Shown: one piece after another, positions 63,181 through 64,000 of the stretch
How positions within the stretch are numbered: the first letter of the stretch is position 1
Layout: every line of letters begins with the position of its first letter
Assembly: GCA_013239625.1 (NCBI GenBank)
Contig: MU053493.1
Coordinates: forward strand, 1,435,793 to 1,499,792
Origin: Lama guanicoe
Lineage: Eukaryota
Direction of reading: 5' to 3'
Length of the DNA: 64,000 bases
The notes under the pieces: generated by a model
What the model was told of the DNA's origin: nothing
Databases searched by the model: none
Seen by the model: the letters and a program-made list of their open reading frames with translations, nothing else
Made by a program: the position numbers and the translations under genes

Positions 63181-63270
63181 GGGGTGGGGAGGGTGTAGCT
63201 CAGAGGTAGAGCATGTGCTTAGTATGTACGAGTTCAATCCCCAGTACCTTCATTAAAAAAAAAAAACAAA
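63181..63270 (+). mobile_element. tRNA-Ala-derived SINE with small internal deletion
   Basis: GGGGAGGGTGTAGCTCAGAGGTAGAGCATGTGCTTAG...GTTCAATCCCCAGTACCTTCA followed by poly(A). Confidence 0.85.
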
Positions 63271-64000
63271 GACCCCAAACTAATATGAAAAGCATGCACC
63301 CCCAGCTGTCTCCCTGGAAGACCCCAAGTTGGTGAAGGGGCCACCACCTTCCTCCGGGCACAGCCCAGACCTCAAGGTGTCCCTCCAGAGTTCCCCCCAC
63401 CCCCAGCTTATTTTCTGCATCTGTCAGTCACACACTGTATGGGGGCCAGGGCCCCTCCCCTCAGTGGACACGCCCCACCCTCACCCCTTCTAGGCCATGA
63501 AGCCAGCACCAGGGACCTGGAGCTCTTTGCCAGATTTGAGGCCAATTCTGCGTCGGGTCCCCCCTCTGCTACCCAATGCCCTGGAGATCGGTCCTGAGGA
63601 GTCACTCTACCCTCGGCCCCCTTGCCTGTCCTGCCAATGAGATGAGAGCGCACGTCTGCTGGGAGTCCCTGGGGGACTCAAGAGTTTCCTCTCTGATAAA
63701 AGACACTCACAGATGTTGCTGCGTCTGGATGTCACATCTTTTAGCAGCTGAGGGTGAAGCCACACCCCGAGGAGGGTCAAGTGGCATAAGATGCCCACTG
63801 TGCTGGTGCCTCTCTCTGCACTTCCTACCATGAAATGGTCCCCCTCCAGCTGCTCTGTCCAGCTTGAGCCTGGGACTCTGTCACTTGCAATCACCATGCA
63901 GGTAGCCCTGCCCGCGTCCCAGGATCAGTGCCCCACGTCCACCCACCATAATGCATCCCCAAGGGTGGAGGTCATCTCCCACCCCTCACCACCCACCACC

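Noticed and set aside
1..64000. Novel multi-gene system, CRISPR array, intact transposon/ERV or second protein-coding gene
   Set aside because: No regularly spaced repeats, no intact RT/integrase/transposase ORF and no other recognisable exons. The window is explained by KLF13 plus decayed repeats. Small or non-coding exons could be missed by eye.

Overview
Mammalian genomic DNA containing one complete protein-coding gene, KLF13 (Kruppel-like factor 13), on the minus strand. Coding exon 1 (42701-42107) lies in a ~3.3 kb CpG-island promoter. It is followed by a 35.7 kb phase-1 intron (42106-6392), coding exon 2 (6391-6102) and a ~5.5 kb 3' UTR ending near an AATAAA at 563-558. The spliced product is 294 aa, with an N-terminal Sin3-interaction motif and three C2H2 fingers. 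The rest of the window is intronic or upstream sequence carrying old L1/HAL1, L2, MIR, MaLR/LTR33 and hAT fragments, plus about 8 tRNA-Ala-derived SINEs that suggest a camelid genome (inference). Almost all entries in the ORF track are chance ORFs of GC-rich DNA. I see no support for a wholly new biological system. The most interesting observations are regulatory: stacked uORFs in the 5' leader, an intronic CpG island with an inverted pair of glucocorticoid-response-element-like sites plus a D-box, and a 3' UTR with clustered miRNA/Pumilio sites, G-quadruplex motifs and a candidate proximal poly(A) site. Repeat family names and boundaries were assigned by eye from remembered consensus sequences and are approximate.
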